From Flectonema sp. DT1601 (Eukaryota), in assembly GCA_964019425.1 (NCBI GenBank), contig OZ025804.1:1-64000 (forward strand): 64,000 nucleotides of DNA, given 5' to 3'. The notes under the pieces are model-generated. The model had not been told where the DNA came from. It saw only the letters and a program-made list of their open reading frames with translations, and ran no database searches. How positions within the stretch are numbered: the first letter of the stretch is position 1; every line of letters starts with the position of its first letter. Positions 47,725 to 60,443 of this stretch are shown here, in pieces. Both the position numbers and the translations under genes were made by a program.

Positions 47725-49598
47725 TTATTTTCGAGCTTTCGCAATTCTTCCCTTCAACTTTGATATTAAAACTATAGGACCGAGACGTGCTGACAGTCGT
47801 GGCTTTTCAGGAGTCGCATCCAACTCCGTCTGAGTAGAGTCTGACTGCTGACAACAACAGATTAAGAAGTGCTGAGGCATCCCCCGAAGTAGCACATCTC
47901 TCGGAATTTGATCAACTCCAGCCAGAGATGACACCCCAAGACATATTGCGACATATTTATAAATCGAAGGAGTGGAAATCGTCGGGTCCAGGAATTGAAC
48001 TTCATCGATTATCTGACCCAGAGAAGGATATGGATGTAATTGTGACCACCCTCTGTGTAACTCTGATATGAATGTCCTAGTGTACTTTATATATTCTGTA
48101 CACAACAAGTAGAAGACCAATTGGGGTACTTCTTCTGGGCAGGATATCACTCCTGTGATGTTGGTGTCGAGTTCGGTACCAAAAACTCTCCTTTGTAAGA
48201 CTACTGCAAGTGGTGGTGTCAACCATAAAACATTCCTCGCAATTAGAGTGAAGAACTCGGAGATGTAAACAGGAAACTCAGACAGGCTTTCGTTTAGAAA
48301 CTTTTTCAATCCGATCCTCAGAGAGATGAGATGCTCACAAATAGTTTCCGGAAGTCTCCCTCTGATCACATCTCTGAGAGTTAATAAAAAGAAATCAACA
48401 TCTGATAAATTACTACCAGATTTTGAAACTACAGCAGACGCCAGTTTTTCCATCTCAAGACAAGCGTACTCAATGCTGTAGGCAACTGAAGTTGATTGTT
48501 CTTCAGTTCTATTCTCTAAAATCCAATCTGAGTAAACCTCACTGAAGGTAAGTAATGGAAGACGAGTACTGTAGCTGTCATTGATAATCGCTCCCTTGTA
48601 AGTAATACGACGCTCATTCAGAATACCCTGTAGTGTTGTCAACACTCCTACGAGACTTTCATTATCAAGTCGATGAGTGTAAGTAAGAGTAGTTCGTAGC
48701 CACGGGTCGGTATGTTTACAGTTCGGCAGCAGACAAACAATAAATAAATTATCCGAAGTCACCAATTTGACAGGAGAAGTTACTCGAAGCTGTTGCTGTT
48801 GTTGTTGTTGTTGTTGTGGAATAAGTAAATCTCTTTTGGACAATTTCTCAGTCAAGTCGGATATCTTCGCCTTCGTATCAGACACCTGAGTTCGAAGCCG
48901 GGTATTGGATCTTTTGTACTCATCCAGCTGACAGGTAACTTCCAATAGCTCTCCTTGAAATAAAGCTGTAGACTTGTTCTTTTCAGCATAACGTGCCTCC
49001 TCACTTTGTTTTAATTCGTTACTAAGTTGTAATATTTGAGCTTCACCGCCTTGGAGGAGAACTGATTGTCGTTTGTATTCATGTACGCTGCTGAGAGCGT
49101 TGTCGACTTCTTCCTTTCTTGTAATTGTTGTATTGGATAACTCCTCAAGACCTGTTGAGATGGATAACAGAACTCTTTCAAATGAAGTAAAAGACTTCGC
49201 CAAAGTTCTAATAATTTCACTGTAGCATTGAAGTCTAAGTAGCCAAGTCTCGTCATCTGAAACACGTGCCTGGGTTGTGATTGATGAGAAGAAGTAATTC
49301 ATCAAAACTTTTATAATAAAACAAAACATACCAAAGAAATAGAGTTCAACGACTTCTTTAATTTCATTTCCAGCTGTTCGGATAAAATATATTCACGAGG
49401 GACTGTCGGAGGAGAAGGAACTGGCTGGCCATCAATTATTTTTCGTTTCCTCCTTCGAAACTTTGGAGATGATATCGATGGCCAGTTCGTAACCTTCGGA
49501 GGTATTCCACTAATCCCGAGTGCGCTAAACCCCCCCTGGATTCTACTACAGCGAGCACTAGTACTGTTTGAGTGTTGATATTGTGAAATCCATTTCAT
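47725..49598 (-). CDS. Hypothetical coiled-coil protein, two exons (intron 49270-49331)
   Basis: A GTATGT...CCCAG phase-0 intron joins the 49311-49598 and 47725-49329 ORFs. Confidence 0.65.
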
Positions 49599-50195
49599 TA
49601 CTTCAAATTGTCAAACAGTTGATGTTTTCAAAACAAAGACTGAAGGGGGTGAAATACTAAAGTTGATTGTAATAGAAATACAAAAAGAAAACAAAAAACC
49701 AGTACACTGATGAGAAGTAGATAGAGAGAGAGGAGAAGTTGTGAATTATTTTGCCACGAAAACAGATGGCAGCCACACACTGAAATCTAACATTCCTTCC
49801 TCTCTCTCTCACTCTTTTATTTTATTCCGTAGTATCTTCTCCTTTCTACAGAAAAAAAAAATAAACCTTTTTTTTTTTTTTTTTTTTGCGAAATGAATTT
49901 ATATACGTATTGTGCTGAAAGATTTCCTTTTTTTTTTTTTTTTTTTTTTGATGATTTTACAAAAGAAGCAATCAGGCAATCTGCCCAAACTGCTAGTTCG
50001 GAACTACTTATCACCAAGCGGAAGGAACATTATAATAAAAAAGACTACTGTTGAGAGATAACTAATTGTCATCATGACAGTGAATGGTAAAGAGGATAAT
50101 CAGATCAAAGCTGACCCTCAGTACTGGTCTGGTCTTCTAATAAGGATATCACCAGCTGTCTTATTGAAACAAACGACATTAAGAAATTAATTTCA

Positions 50196-51451
50196 TCATT
50201 TCTTTGACTTACTGCTGGGAGTGAATCTCCAATCAGGATCTACTCCCTTTGCCCAAATGAATTTACTGACTAATGATTTGCTGTAGATTTGACTCAGACG
50301 AACGTCTTCTCTCTTCGCCCATGCGATGATGACTCGAGGATCAATATAGTTAGTTTTTGAAGTACCAAGACTGACTTCCTTAGTACCATCTTTGATTGAC
50401 ATGTTAGCCTCCTGTGTGTTGACACGCTGTTCGAGAGTTTCAAGTTTCTTCTCAAGGGCTTCCATATTCGATGGAAAACGATTCTTTGTTGGTTTGCTTG
50501 GAGGTTTTCTCGATAGCTTTTCCTCTTCAATCATACGAAGACGTTCGGCTTCAGCAGCGCTGTGTGTTGTGTGTTTTATTTATTGTTAATTCTGAGTAAT
50601 AGAATGCACCTGGTTAACCAATTGAAGTATAATAAAGTACAATAATTACATACTCTGATAAATCAAGTTCATCACCAAGTTTTAGTGCGATACGAGACAG
50701 AGTTACCAGATCAGAGTCATATGGCACTTCAGCTACTTTCTCAGACTCTGAAGAGGATGATGGACTACGTCTTCTCTTAGTACGAGGGGAAGTTGCGCGT
50801 TTTGCTGCTGGTTTGCGAGTTGCTTTGGAGGGTTTCTTCGCCGCTTTCTTTACTTTCTTTGATGACGCTGAAGAAGAAGAGTCGCTGTCAGAGGAACTGT
50901 CACTCGAACTACTTTCCGCTGCCGCGATAATCTTTCGTTTTATAATTTTCTTTGGAGATTCCTTCTTTGGAGACGCTGCTTTCTTAGGCGATGCTGACGG
51001 AGGTTTCACAGCACGTGATTTGGATTTCTCAACAGCCTGCTGGATTAGTGTGTCGTATGATGTAGTGTCTAGTTCATCCATCTGTTTTGAGTAGTAAATA
51101 TAAAATATTTTATTTGGTTAGTAAAACACTTCGTGAAAAGAAATATAAAATATGAATACCTTGCCATCTGCGCGCTTTAAATACTTCTTTCCATTTGGAA
51201 GTTGAGAGACCACAACATCAGTTACTAATTTACATTGGATAGCTCCATTCTTGTTAATGAGAGACACTGTTCCGTCTTTGTACGTAATCTGTGCTAATCC
51301 CTTCGGGTTAACTTTCGCGGTAGAAATTTTACCATGGATGGCCTGATTGTGTTTATAATAAAAAGACAACAGAATGAAACCACAAGATACGATCACTACA
51401 TACCTCTCCTTTATCAGCCAATGATTTCTGCAATGGCTCCATTTCAGCCAT
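50196..51451 (-). CDS. TOP1S: DNA topoisomerase IB small (catalytic Tyr) subunit, 4 exons, ~340 aa
   Basis: KEVSLGTSKTNYIDPR motif and Ser/Lys-rich middle. Exons 51451-51404, 51342-51160, 51081-50654 and 50559-50196 splice in frame via GT-AG introns. Confidence 0.85.
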
Positions 51452-52028
51452 ATTGATTAAGGTATCCTTTGAGATGGTAAATAATGAAGTAAACTTCAAT
51501 AAGTAAAACTACTCAAATAACTCAACAGAATCCAACAATGAAGATAGCTCGAAACTATTTATTTAATACAATACAGGAACTGATTACTTCATTAACTGAC
51601 AATGATGGACAAGTCTTTTGTTATCCACATAGTTCTGAATGATGAATTCTATTCTTTTTTTAAAGACAACACGCAAACCTCGAGTACAAAACTAAAATGA
51701 GATTATACCAGATTGATGGCAGGGAATGAGAAATGTAAAAACAAACAAAACTACAAAATTGTTAAATTCAAATAAAGTTCTGGAGATTGGTACAAACAAA
51801 CAGAAGGCTGGTTAGCCACATTTAAAAGAAAGAAAAAAAAATGAGGAGAAAACCGATTCTATTCTTCAGCCACAGCCTTCGTAAGGTACAATAAAACGGC
51901 GGCTGTATAATAAAAAATGAAATTGAAGCCTCTTCAACAATGAAGAGCTTTGGATCGAATAAACTGAAAGTTGCAGAAAGAAGAGCTGCTGCTCTGACGT
52001 GTGTTACGTAAAATAAAATAAAAAGAGT

Positions 52029-53675
52029 TCAGAGAGGAATAATAGCTAACCTCCCTTCAGGAAGATTTTGTTTTAATTTTACGATAAGAGTTCTGTAAAC
52101 AGTTGTGTCATCAGTCTCAAAGATAACAGAATCAGATCTGTCAGTCACGTGAAGTTCAATTCGTCTGTTTTGTGAAGCAGTCGCCTGTCGGACATCAGAA
52201 AAGCTGACCTTCAAAGACGTGTCTCCGTCAACAATAATATTAATCATCGATCCATCCGAACTACACCAACAAAACGCTTGACGAGGGATCCCAATCACAT
52301 CAAGTTGAACTCGAAAACCGTCAGGTAGATCGCCAGGTTCTAATTGTTGTTCTCGCGGAGGAGAAGTATACCTCCCGGATAGCATTTCATCTGGACTTGG
52401 ATTGGGAATTGGAATTTGAGACGGGCCTGGACCTGGACTCACCCCCCGAGGTGATTGCAATACTTTAACAGGAGCAATCTCCTGAACAGAAGGTATCGAA
52501 ACAAACGGTAACGGTGAGCTACTCGCTGAATAAAAACTAATTCTACCTCCTCCTTCTCCAGATGGAGCTGATGGTGGAGCCGGCGACATCCGACGAGTCC
52601 TGCTGGAAGTATTGCCAAGTCCTGTTGGTGTTCTAACAACAGTTCTCGGTGACATTGGCATAAACATCCCACCTGACTTCTCTCTAAATCGAGGAGACTG
52701 AGTGAATCTACTTCTAGTGATTGACATGTCTGGCGCTGGTGTTGATATTTTTGCCAAAGCCGCCTGGAAATTTGGATCCAATCGCAAGGCCATAATAGAA
52801 TCAGAAGCAGACATTCTTTTCTTATCATTTCTTTGATAAGATTTCAAAGAGAGTTCTTCATTAACTCTCGGTGATGGAATCTCAACCGTAGAATGAATAC
52901 TCGATACCAACGACCTGTGATGATTCGTTAAAGGTGACGACGGATGTCTTAAAGAACTGTTGCGGCGATACGGTGAACCAAAAGTCGGATCAGGTCTAAA
53001 AGCAGTTCGTAAAGGAGATTGAGGAGTTGGAGACACCCTCCCAACGATGGGTGTGAATGCAGCTGTTGAACGAGGTGGCATCACATCAACTGGAGATGAT
53101 CCTCTCGGGTCTGGAATGGTCGATGGTTTTGGAGGAGGTGCACAACTCCGCTGTTTAAAAAGAACTTCACTCATAGAGTGAGAGGTTGAGTAGTTTTTTT
53201 CTAAACTTGTTGACATCTGTGAAGAACTTCGCAGAGGTCTGGCTGGTGAATTTGTCGGTTTGATCGACGGCCTTTCCAAGTCAGGAGCGACAACAAGAAC
53301 TTCCCGACCAGCCTGCTGCTTACCAGTGGGATGTCTACTTGGAGACACGGCTGCACTTGCCCAGTCTTTTAAAGCAGCAGGTTGTTCACTTGCACACTGT
53401 GCCCAGGTTTCTAAGGTCGCATTGTGTAGTGGATCGCTGGATGCTTTCGCCCATCTACTCATCGGACTATTTTTAAAAGTATCTTCAGTAGTCGATAATA
53501 ATCTCTTTATCTTCATTCTTAATCCAGGACTCTTTACTATCGATGTGAACAGTCTGGTGTCAGATGCCAGAGTTTTTAAATCGATCAAATCATCATAGCC
53601 AGCCTCCCTCAGTGGTGGTTGTAACTCTTCGAGACCATATTCCTGAAGCCATCTGGTTACCTCGCTGCCACCCAT
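52029..53675 (-). CDS. SAM-domain protein with Pro/Ser-rich linker and PH-like C-terminus
   Basis: VTRWLQEYGLEE...GYDDLIDL...PGLRMKI SAM pattern. Confidence 0.75.
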   Translation of the reverse strand: MGGSEVTRWLQEYGLEELQPPLREAGYDDLIDLKTLASDTRLFTSIVKSPGLRMKIKRLLSTTEDTFKNSPMSRWAKASSDPLHNATLETWAQCASEQPAALKDWASAAVSPSRHPTGKQQAGREVLVVAPDLERPSIKPTNSPARPLRSSSQMSTSLEKNYSTSHSMSEVLFKQRSCAPPPKPSTIPDPRGSSPVDVMPPRSTAAFTPIVGRVSPTPQSPLRTAFRPDPTFGSPYRRNSSLRHPSSPLTNHHRSLVSSIHSTVEIPSPRVNEELSLKSYQRNDKKRMSASDSIMALRLDPNFQAALAKISTPAPDMSITRSRFTQSPRFREKSGGMFMPMSPRTVVRTPTGLGNTSSRTRRMSPAPPSAPSGEGGGRISFYSASSSPLPFVSIPSVQEIAPVKVLQSPRGVSPGPGPSQIPIPNPSPDEMLSGRYTSPPREQQLEPGDLPDGFRVQLDVIGIPRQAFCWCSSDGSMINIIVDGDTSLKVSFSDVRQATASQNRRIELHVTDRSDSVIFETDDTTVYRTLIVKLKQNLPEGRLAIIPL

Positions 53676-54345
53676 GACTTAGTAGTGGCTGTTATGAAAT
53701 ATAATTATAATTATTACTTGTGATTTAATTCACTCTCCGAGAAAGTAAAAAAGCATCGTTTGAATAGCTGAAGTTCACCATCTTCTGATTTTACATTTCT
53801 TTCTTGAGAAGGAGATGATTAAATTCATTCAACAGAATACAACATTTAAAGAAAGCACTCGTGTGAAAAAATAAAAACATTTATTGAAGTCACTCAAACT
53901 GCAAGCCGCGGGGGAGAGCAGCTGCAGTTGAGAACTACAAAGTACAGCATGATGGCTATGGTTAAAGTATCCCACACTTGATACATTTCAAGGGACTACT
54001 TTAATAAAGATGACGACACCGCCTGACACAAGAGACCTACGATTGTTCCTTCAAAAAGAGACGACTACGTCATCTGACGAGGATGTGTCGTCAACATTAT
54101 AAATAAACGTTTTTGTATTGGATTGGATTGGTTTGGTTTGTTGTTTTAAATTTATTCGAGGAAAATATTTCGATTTTTTTTTTTTTTTTTTTCTAACTCG
54201 GGGTCAGTGTATCAGAATTCCGACTACCAGCTCCACGCACTTCTCCAGATTAGATAAGACATCCATCAGAGTATTCGTTTATTACAACATCTTAAAGCTT
54301 TGCGATAATTACTTTAAAGAAGAAGATTATTACATCTGTCTAAAC

Positions 54346-54910
54346 AGTCTGTCCTTACAAGTCTGTCCTTACAAGTCTGTCCTTACAAGTCTGTCCTTAC
54401 AAGTCTGTCCTTACAAGTCTGTCCTTACAAGTCTGTCCTTACAAGTCTTTCCTTACAAGTCTGTCCTTACAAGTCTGTCCTTACAAGTCTGTCCTTACAA
54501 GTCTGTCCTTACAAGTCTTTCCTTACAAGTCTGTCCTTACAAGTCTGTCCTTACAAGTCTGTCCTTACAAGTCTGTCCTTACAAGTCTGTCCTTACAAGT
54601 CTGTCCTTACAAGTCTGTCCTTACAAGTCTGTCCTTACAAGTCTGTCCTTACAAGTCTGTCCTTACAAGTCTTTCCTTACAAGTCTGTCCTTACAAGTCT
54701 GTCCTTACAAGTCTGTCCTTACAAGTCTTTCCTTACAAGTCTGTCCTTACAAGTCTGTCCTTACAAGTCTGTCCTTACAAGTCTGTCCTTACAAGTCTGT
54801 CCTTACAAGTCTGTCCTTACAAGTCTGTCCTTACAAGTCTTTCCTTACAAGTCTGTCCTTACAAGTCTGTCCTTACAAGTCTGTCCTTACAAGTCTGTCC
54901 TTACAAGTCT
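54346..54910. repeat. 14-bp tandem repeat (AAGTCTGTCCTTAC) x ~40
   Basis: Direct reading, with occasional TTTCC variant units. Confidence 0.98.
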
Positions 54911-57867
54911 CTCATTAGTATTTTAAAGGTTCTGACATCCATCGGGTTCATTACGATATCAGACGGGTTTATTTTATTATCACTCGAAGTACCCCACGAC
55001 CTTCTATGAACTGATGAAAGAGGTACCATTCCTGAGGCTGTCATTTCAGTGATTTGTAAAACCTTCTTTCCAAAAGCTGCGAAGTACGGGACCACATCCA
55101 AAGAAACAGATTGAGAAAGAACAGAATCCTCACCTTTTGAGAACGTGTGCATGAATCTAATAATTGATGTGTTGGTACCATTCGAATCACGTCTGATCGA
55201 TTGAAGATGAATTTGTTTCGGAAATTCCGGAAACTCAACAGACGTTGTGGCCACAGTTGTTGTTGTTGGTAAGAAGAATGATTTTATTGGATGCGCCATT
55301 CGGAGTTTCATTTGATGACGAAGTCTGTTGCTGTCAACGATCGGTCCTAAACCAATCCAAACAGATGAAGAGACTCTGTTCACGTCATCATTAACAACTG
55401 AGTGAGAATGGTACTTTTGAGACCTTCGATGTAATAGCAGCTCCACTTGACCGTTTTTAAGAGAACCGACAGCTCTTGAACGATCAATTGCGAGAGAAAA
55501 CTGATTCACATCATCTTTTATAAAACAAGACATCTGCGATGGGAAGAAGTTGGCTGCGATTGCAAGACCGGTGTCATGGAGTCTGTTGTCTGGTTGACGT
55601 TTTATAACTTCATAACCGTTACTTTCAGAGTGAAAGACTCTGTTGTTTTGAATTTGAGTTGTAAACCTCGCAGATAAATCAGTGTTTTGATCTATCACTC
55701 CTGTTCGGTAACCAACTTCAAGTCTGCTTGCGATGTTTGGATCGGATGACTGCCACAGTTTATAAAATATTTTATGCTGTCCGGTTATTTCCATTCTAAT
55801 TTCAGATACAATCTTTCCATCATTAACTGAAACAGCTTCAGCTCCAGTAATTGGTAACACCGGTTGTGCTTCACCCGTTGGTTGAAAGTAGTAAGCATTC
55901 CCAACTCCATTATACAACATCAACTCGTGAGTGAATGGATGGCTGATTTCTCTAATTTTATCAATTAACTGGACTGGACCTGTCGTAACGTTGACAACTA
56001 ATTTTAAAAAGGAATTCTCAATGTGGATTAAACCTGGTACTTGACGCTCTTCATCATCACACTTCGATCTGATTCTATTAACCAGTTCAACATCTCCGCT
56101 GTCAATAAAACTGAGAGCTGGACAACTATTAGTCTTAGTATTGTGATGAATAAAACTTTTTGGAATATTCGAAACCGAATGAGAAGTAGCATAACAAGGA
56201 TTTGATGTTCTCTCAGGTCCAGGAGTGTTACACATCGCAGCAGCAACACACGGATTGATGTTGAAGGCTTTGGTTTCGTATGCTTTCATTGAAATAATTA
56301 AATGAAGAGTAAAATAATAATTCGATCCATCAGAGACTGTCAAATCGACCGTCACTTGCGACACAACAGATTCTCCAGAATTTTGATTTGTTACAGCGAC
56401 TGCGCAGAATGGAACTTTAACAGAAACCGTTTCAGTTCGAGTTCCTGGAATCGGATTGTGGACGACTAGAGTAGCGTTTTGACCATCGACGAGTCGGTTT
56501 ATAAAATTTAAATGAGATTTTGGATTTGAAGAATCAGTCAATCCCAGTTCCAAAGACATCACTTCTTCAGTCATCTGAATAGAATCAGTACACATCTGTT
56601 GATAGTTTTCAAGTACATCATGTTCTCCTGTTGCCTGATCTGATACACAACCTTCAGCAGCACTACAAGGAGATCCTGTAATCGCATCGTGGTGTTGAAC
56701 TATTCCTAACTTACGTCTGACGGTCGTTAGTTTGGTGTTGTTCATAATTGGGTTCTTTGAGAAGACGTCTAAACGATCAGCGATGTACATCTCACTGTGA
56801 GCCTTCCTCGACAATCTCTTTAAAATACTCCTCGAAGTGAAATAACCTGACCAAGCACCAACACTATCAAGTGGTATATACGGAAAGAAATCTCCGTTTG
56901 TAGAAATATCGGATTTAGAAGCGTCTGGATACGTTCTAGCGACAGGCCATGATGAGTTTTTAACATCATGAACAGCCTTGAAATACTCTGATGGAGTTCC
57001 GTATCTAATACTAACACCAGAAATAGAAGTGTTCTGATTTACTAATTTCATTATCTTTTCTGAAGGTCTGTAAACTTGACTAGCCTCTTGATACATATAA
57101 TCACAACCCCACGGGATTAGAACGTTGTTTGTAGCGAACCACGGTGCTCTTGTTAGTGATATTTCAGTTAATTCCTTAGCGAGTTTCACTACTTCGGAAT
57201 CATTTGGTTGAAGATTTCCCATATTAAATCGAAAATCAACTGGAGAGCAGTAATACGATTCTAAAACATGAGCGAAAATGGAACTTTGATTTGGAGAGAG
57301 AGATGATGAAGCCTGCCAATTGAATTCTAAAGATTGGTTCAATTTCATCGAGTCGACAGTGTGCTTTGATAAACGAGTAAAAACATACGAATCCATTCCC
57401 ATTAATGAATAAAAGATTGCCTGAGTTGATGAAATACCGAAGGGATCTAAAGACCAACCAGTTCTTGGGACTACATTTAATGGAGAGAAGGTGTCTCTAA
57501 GAAACTGATGACCAACTCCCATGTTGTTTAGCATCCCATCGTAATCTGTACATCCCATGTCTTGTTGTGACCATCCTCCGTCAACGAATTCCAGTTGTCC
57601 GTTTGCAATTAGTTTTTTAAATATAGTTTTAGTTGTAGAGTTCTGTCTATTCCACCAGTATTCTAAGAAAGCTACTTCACTCCATGCAAACCTCCTCTCT
57701 GGATTCTCGTTTAAATTAACAGTGACCGTATCAAGGATTCTAGAGACATTTAACCTCGCCAGATCATCAAACGTCTGCAGCCAACCAACATCACAATGCG
57801 CATGAGGGAGGAGCCAAACGTTTACTTGGCTGGAAATCACCAACACACTCAACAATGATGATATCAT
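54901..57867 (-). CDS. GH38 lysosomal-type alpha-mannosidase
   Basis: Signal peptide; HAHCDVGW, GWSLDPFG, WSGYFTSR and QHHDAITG motifs. Confidence 0.95.
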   Translation of the reverse strand: MISSLLSVLVISSQVNVWLLPHAHCDVGWLQTFDDLARLNVSRILDTVTVNLNENPERRFAWSEVAFLEYWWNRQNSTTKTIFKKLIANGQLEFVDGGWSQQDMGCTDYDGMLNNMGVGHQFLRDTFSPLNVVPRTGWSLDPFGISSTQAIFYSLMGMDSYVFTRLSKHTVDSMKLNQSLEFNWQASSSLSPNQSSIFAHVLESYYCSPVDFRFNMGNLQPNDSEVVKLAKELTEISLTRAPWFATNNVLIPWGCDYMYQEASQVYRPSEKIMKLVNQNTSISGVSIRYGTPSEYFKAVHDVKNSSWPVARTYPDASKSDISTNGDFFPYIPLDSVGAWSGYFTSRSILKRLSRKAHSEMYIADRLDVFSKNPIMNNTKLTTVRRKLGIVQHHDAITGSPCSAAEGCVSDQATGEHDVLENYQQMCTDSIQMTEEVMSLELGLTDSSNPKSHLNFINRLVDGQNATLVVHNPIPGTRTETVSVKVPFCAVAVTNQNSGESVVSQVTVDLTVSDGSNYYFTLHLIISMKAYETKAFNINPCVAAAMCNTPGPERTSNPCYATSHSVSNIPKSFIHHNTKTNSCPALSFIDSGDVELVNRIRSKCDDEERQVPGLIHIENSFLKLVVNVTTGPVQLIDKIREISHPFTHELMLYNGVGNAYYFQPTGEAQPVLPITGAEAVSVNDGKIVSEIRMEITGQHKIFYKLWQSSDPNIASRLEVGYRTGVIDQNTDLSARFTTQIQNNRVFHSESNGYEVIKRQPDNRLHDTGLAIAANFFPSQMSCFIKDDVNQFSLAIDRSRAVGSLKNGQVELLLHRRSQKYHSHSVVNDDVNRVSSSVWIGLGPIVDSNRLRHQMKLRMAHPIKSFFLPTTTTVATTSVEFPEFPKQIHLQSIRRDSNGTNTSIIRFMHTFSKGEDSVLSQSVSLDVVPYFAAFGKKVLQITEMTASGMVPLSSVHRRSWGTSSDNKINPSDIVMNPMDVRTFKILMRDL

Positions 57868-58102
57868 TTTATTTGTGATGAGAGATGCTTTTTTTTTTTT
57901 TAAATTTAGAAGAACATATTTTTGACAACAACACAACTACGACACCACAACAACATATTCAAAAAGGATACGACAGGAGGGAGATGACGAATTCCAACTC
58001 ATCATATCAAACAGCTCGTCAGATTACCAACTTGTGGTACCTGCGATAGATACTTGAGATCTTTAAAAAGAAAACTAAAATAGTAAAATAAAATAGTTAA
58101 TT

Positions 58103-58973
58103 GTCAGGGAGGGATGTCAAGTCAACTGCTGTGAGCGACCTGCAACCTGTAAGACCATCTTTCCAATTTTTGTTAAATTGCAGCAACACAGAAATTCATC
58201 TCCCAAAGAAGTTACGTAAGTCAGACCAGACAAGTTAATACTTTTCAGACTCAAACAACAACAACAAGCTATCACCAATTGACTCGACGCTAACCAACAT
58301 TGATAAGTCGAGTTCAGTGAGATTCATAAAGTACGTCAAAAAGTAATTGCCAATCGTTCGAACCCTTCACAGACCAGAAAGGTCAACACTCTGGAGTGAA
58401 TAATTAATGAAGCCTGTTTCTTCATTGCTTTGACGAAAAGATAAAAACCTGTTTGCAATATTATCAAGACGAGGAAGACTACTTCGATACTACAACAGAA
58501 CCCAATTGCATAGATGGTTCTTACATTCCGCCGACGGATCTCACATTCCGCAAACCTGGAAACCTGACCCGTTGCACATGCCGCATGCCTCGCATGAGGG
58601 AATCAGGGCAATCAATAATCTCACAACCATTGACAAAGGACAGGCATGTCAGGCGAGGACAAGAAACCCTCTTCATCACAGGACTGCAGCAGTTCCTCAA
58701 TCTTTCCTGATCCTTCTTTCATGTCCTCGAAACTACACCCCAGCACCCCATCCAACACTTCCAACTGTGTACCTCCTTCTATCCCATGTGATACCAACGT
58801 AGACAACTCTGGAAGCACGACACCCGCACACGACAATTCGCTGTTCTGAAAGCCAACACCCCACTCATCGACCGCTGCCTCTACTGCGTCCCTGACCAGC
58901 GTGTCCGCCGTCATTGTAAATAGAACGGAACAGTTGGGAATTTTCCATCTGAACAGGAAATGAAAATCCGCAT
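58103..58973 (-). pseudogene. Deleted/frameshifted paralog of the Ubl-LRR gene at 41144-42550
   Basis: Near-identical Ubl coding segment (DEWGVGFQNSELSCAGVVLPELSTLVSHG) followed by collapsed LRR fragments. Confidence 0.85.
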
Positions 58974-60407
58974 GTCGCCTGTCAGTCCTGTAATGAAAAC
59001 AGTAATAACTAAATAACGCGTAAGCAGTAAGCAATGATGAAGTCTCTTTCATCAATTCAAGTAACGAGTTAGGGATCCTAACTTATAGATTCAGGCGCAA
59101 AAAAGTGAAATACTTAGGGGTCCCTCAGGTAAATAAGCAGGTCCTGCACGTTGTTCGCAGTCTGTTAACAGTCAAGTTCGATCCCCGATGAATCTACGTA
59201 TTCGAGTGTAGTGCAAGGGAAATCATAACTTGACGTGTTCTGTTAGGAAAGAAGGGTCTTATAACTGACTTGAGCGCACAACATCCTAAGCAACAGCAGA
59301 AATTACCCGGATTCTTGCCTGGAAAAAGATTTCTGAAAAAAAAAGAAGAAAAAAAAAAAGAAAAAAAGAGGAAAAAAAAGGATTCTAACGAGAAGTAAAA
59401 CACAATTACAACACCGGCAACGAGTAACAAACTTATTCTTAATTTTTGCTGTAGCGTCCTAGCGTTCCCCCCCCTACTAACCAGCCTCTTTAAATAAGCC
59501 ACTGAGATTTGGGAAAGAAATAATGATACGTGACAGGCGCATAGCTCCATTCTGTCAGTATTGCGTTACGGAATAAAAATTAAGTTATACGTTCTTGTTA
59601 GACTTAACAATATGAAATTAGTAGAGCAAACAAGACAAAAGAAGAGGGAAAAGAAAAGGACCACATGCGATTCAGATAAACAGCAATCTCATGTAACTTC
59701 GAAACATCACATCCAATCACATCGACTTTAAAGTAGTTTGTGGAAGCTTCCTATCACAAACGAGGCTATACTTCTTCTAAATTTAATAAGCAAAAAGGGG
59801 GTATATTTATATTATTTTTTGAAGCTCCGGGGGGAGAATACATCTATACGGGCTCCTTTGAATGGCATAAGGGCACTTCTAAAAGAATCAAGAGTACATA
59901 TTGAGCATATTGCTTTTTATGGTCGCTATAACAATGTTTTAATTTATTTTATCTTTTTTATTTCTTTTATATTCGATATGGTGAGTATCCGTGCCGACTT
60001 GTTTGTGTTGTTTGTTTTTTTTTTATTTTTGAATAATGAGTTTATAGAAATATTTAAAAAAAATGAAAAAATAAAAAATATATAATAAAGTAAACATTGA
60101 TATCACTCGTGATGAACAACAACAATAAAAGATCTGGAGGAAAAAAAAAAAAAAAAAAGAAAAAAAAAGAAGAAGAATTTTTTTAAAAAAAAATTCGTGA
60201 TTTAAAAAAACCAATAACTAAAAGAGGGTCTCAGTCAAAAAGAAATCGTAAGGACAACAATAATCGGTTGGTTTCGGGCTAAAAATTTAGATAATTTTCT
60301 TTGGACTATTTCCCTTACCTCACTACGGTGGATAATGTATCCAACAAGCTGCTGTAAAAAAAGAGACAACTCACAGAGAGAGAGTACGTTGTTGGATTTT
60401 GTTACTC

Positions 60408-60443
<36 letters not shown>

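Noticed and set aside
54118..54918. 266-aa repetitive ORF, or a CRISPR-like array
   Set aside because: Pure 14-bp tandem repeat with no spacers and no cas genes.
59085..59196. tRNA-like segment (tagattca...agttcgatcccc..tgaatcta)
   Set aside because: Only a B-box-like motif and a short terminal stem; no convincing cloverleaf.
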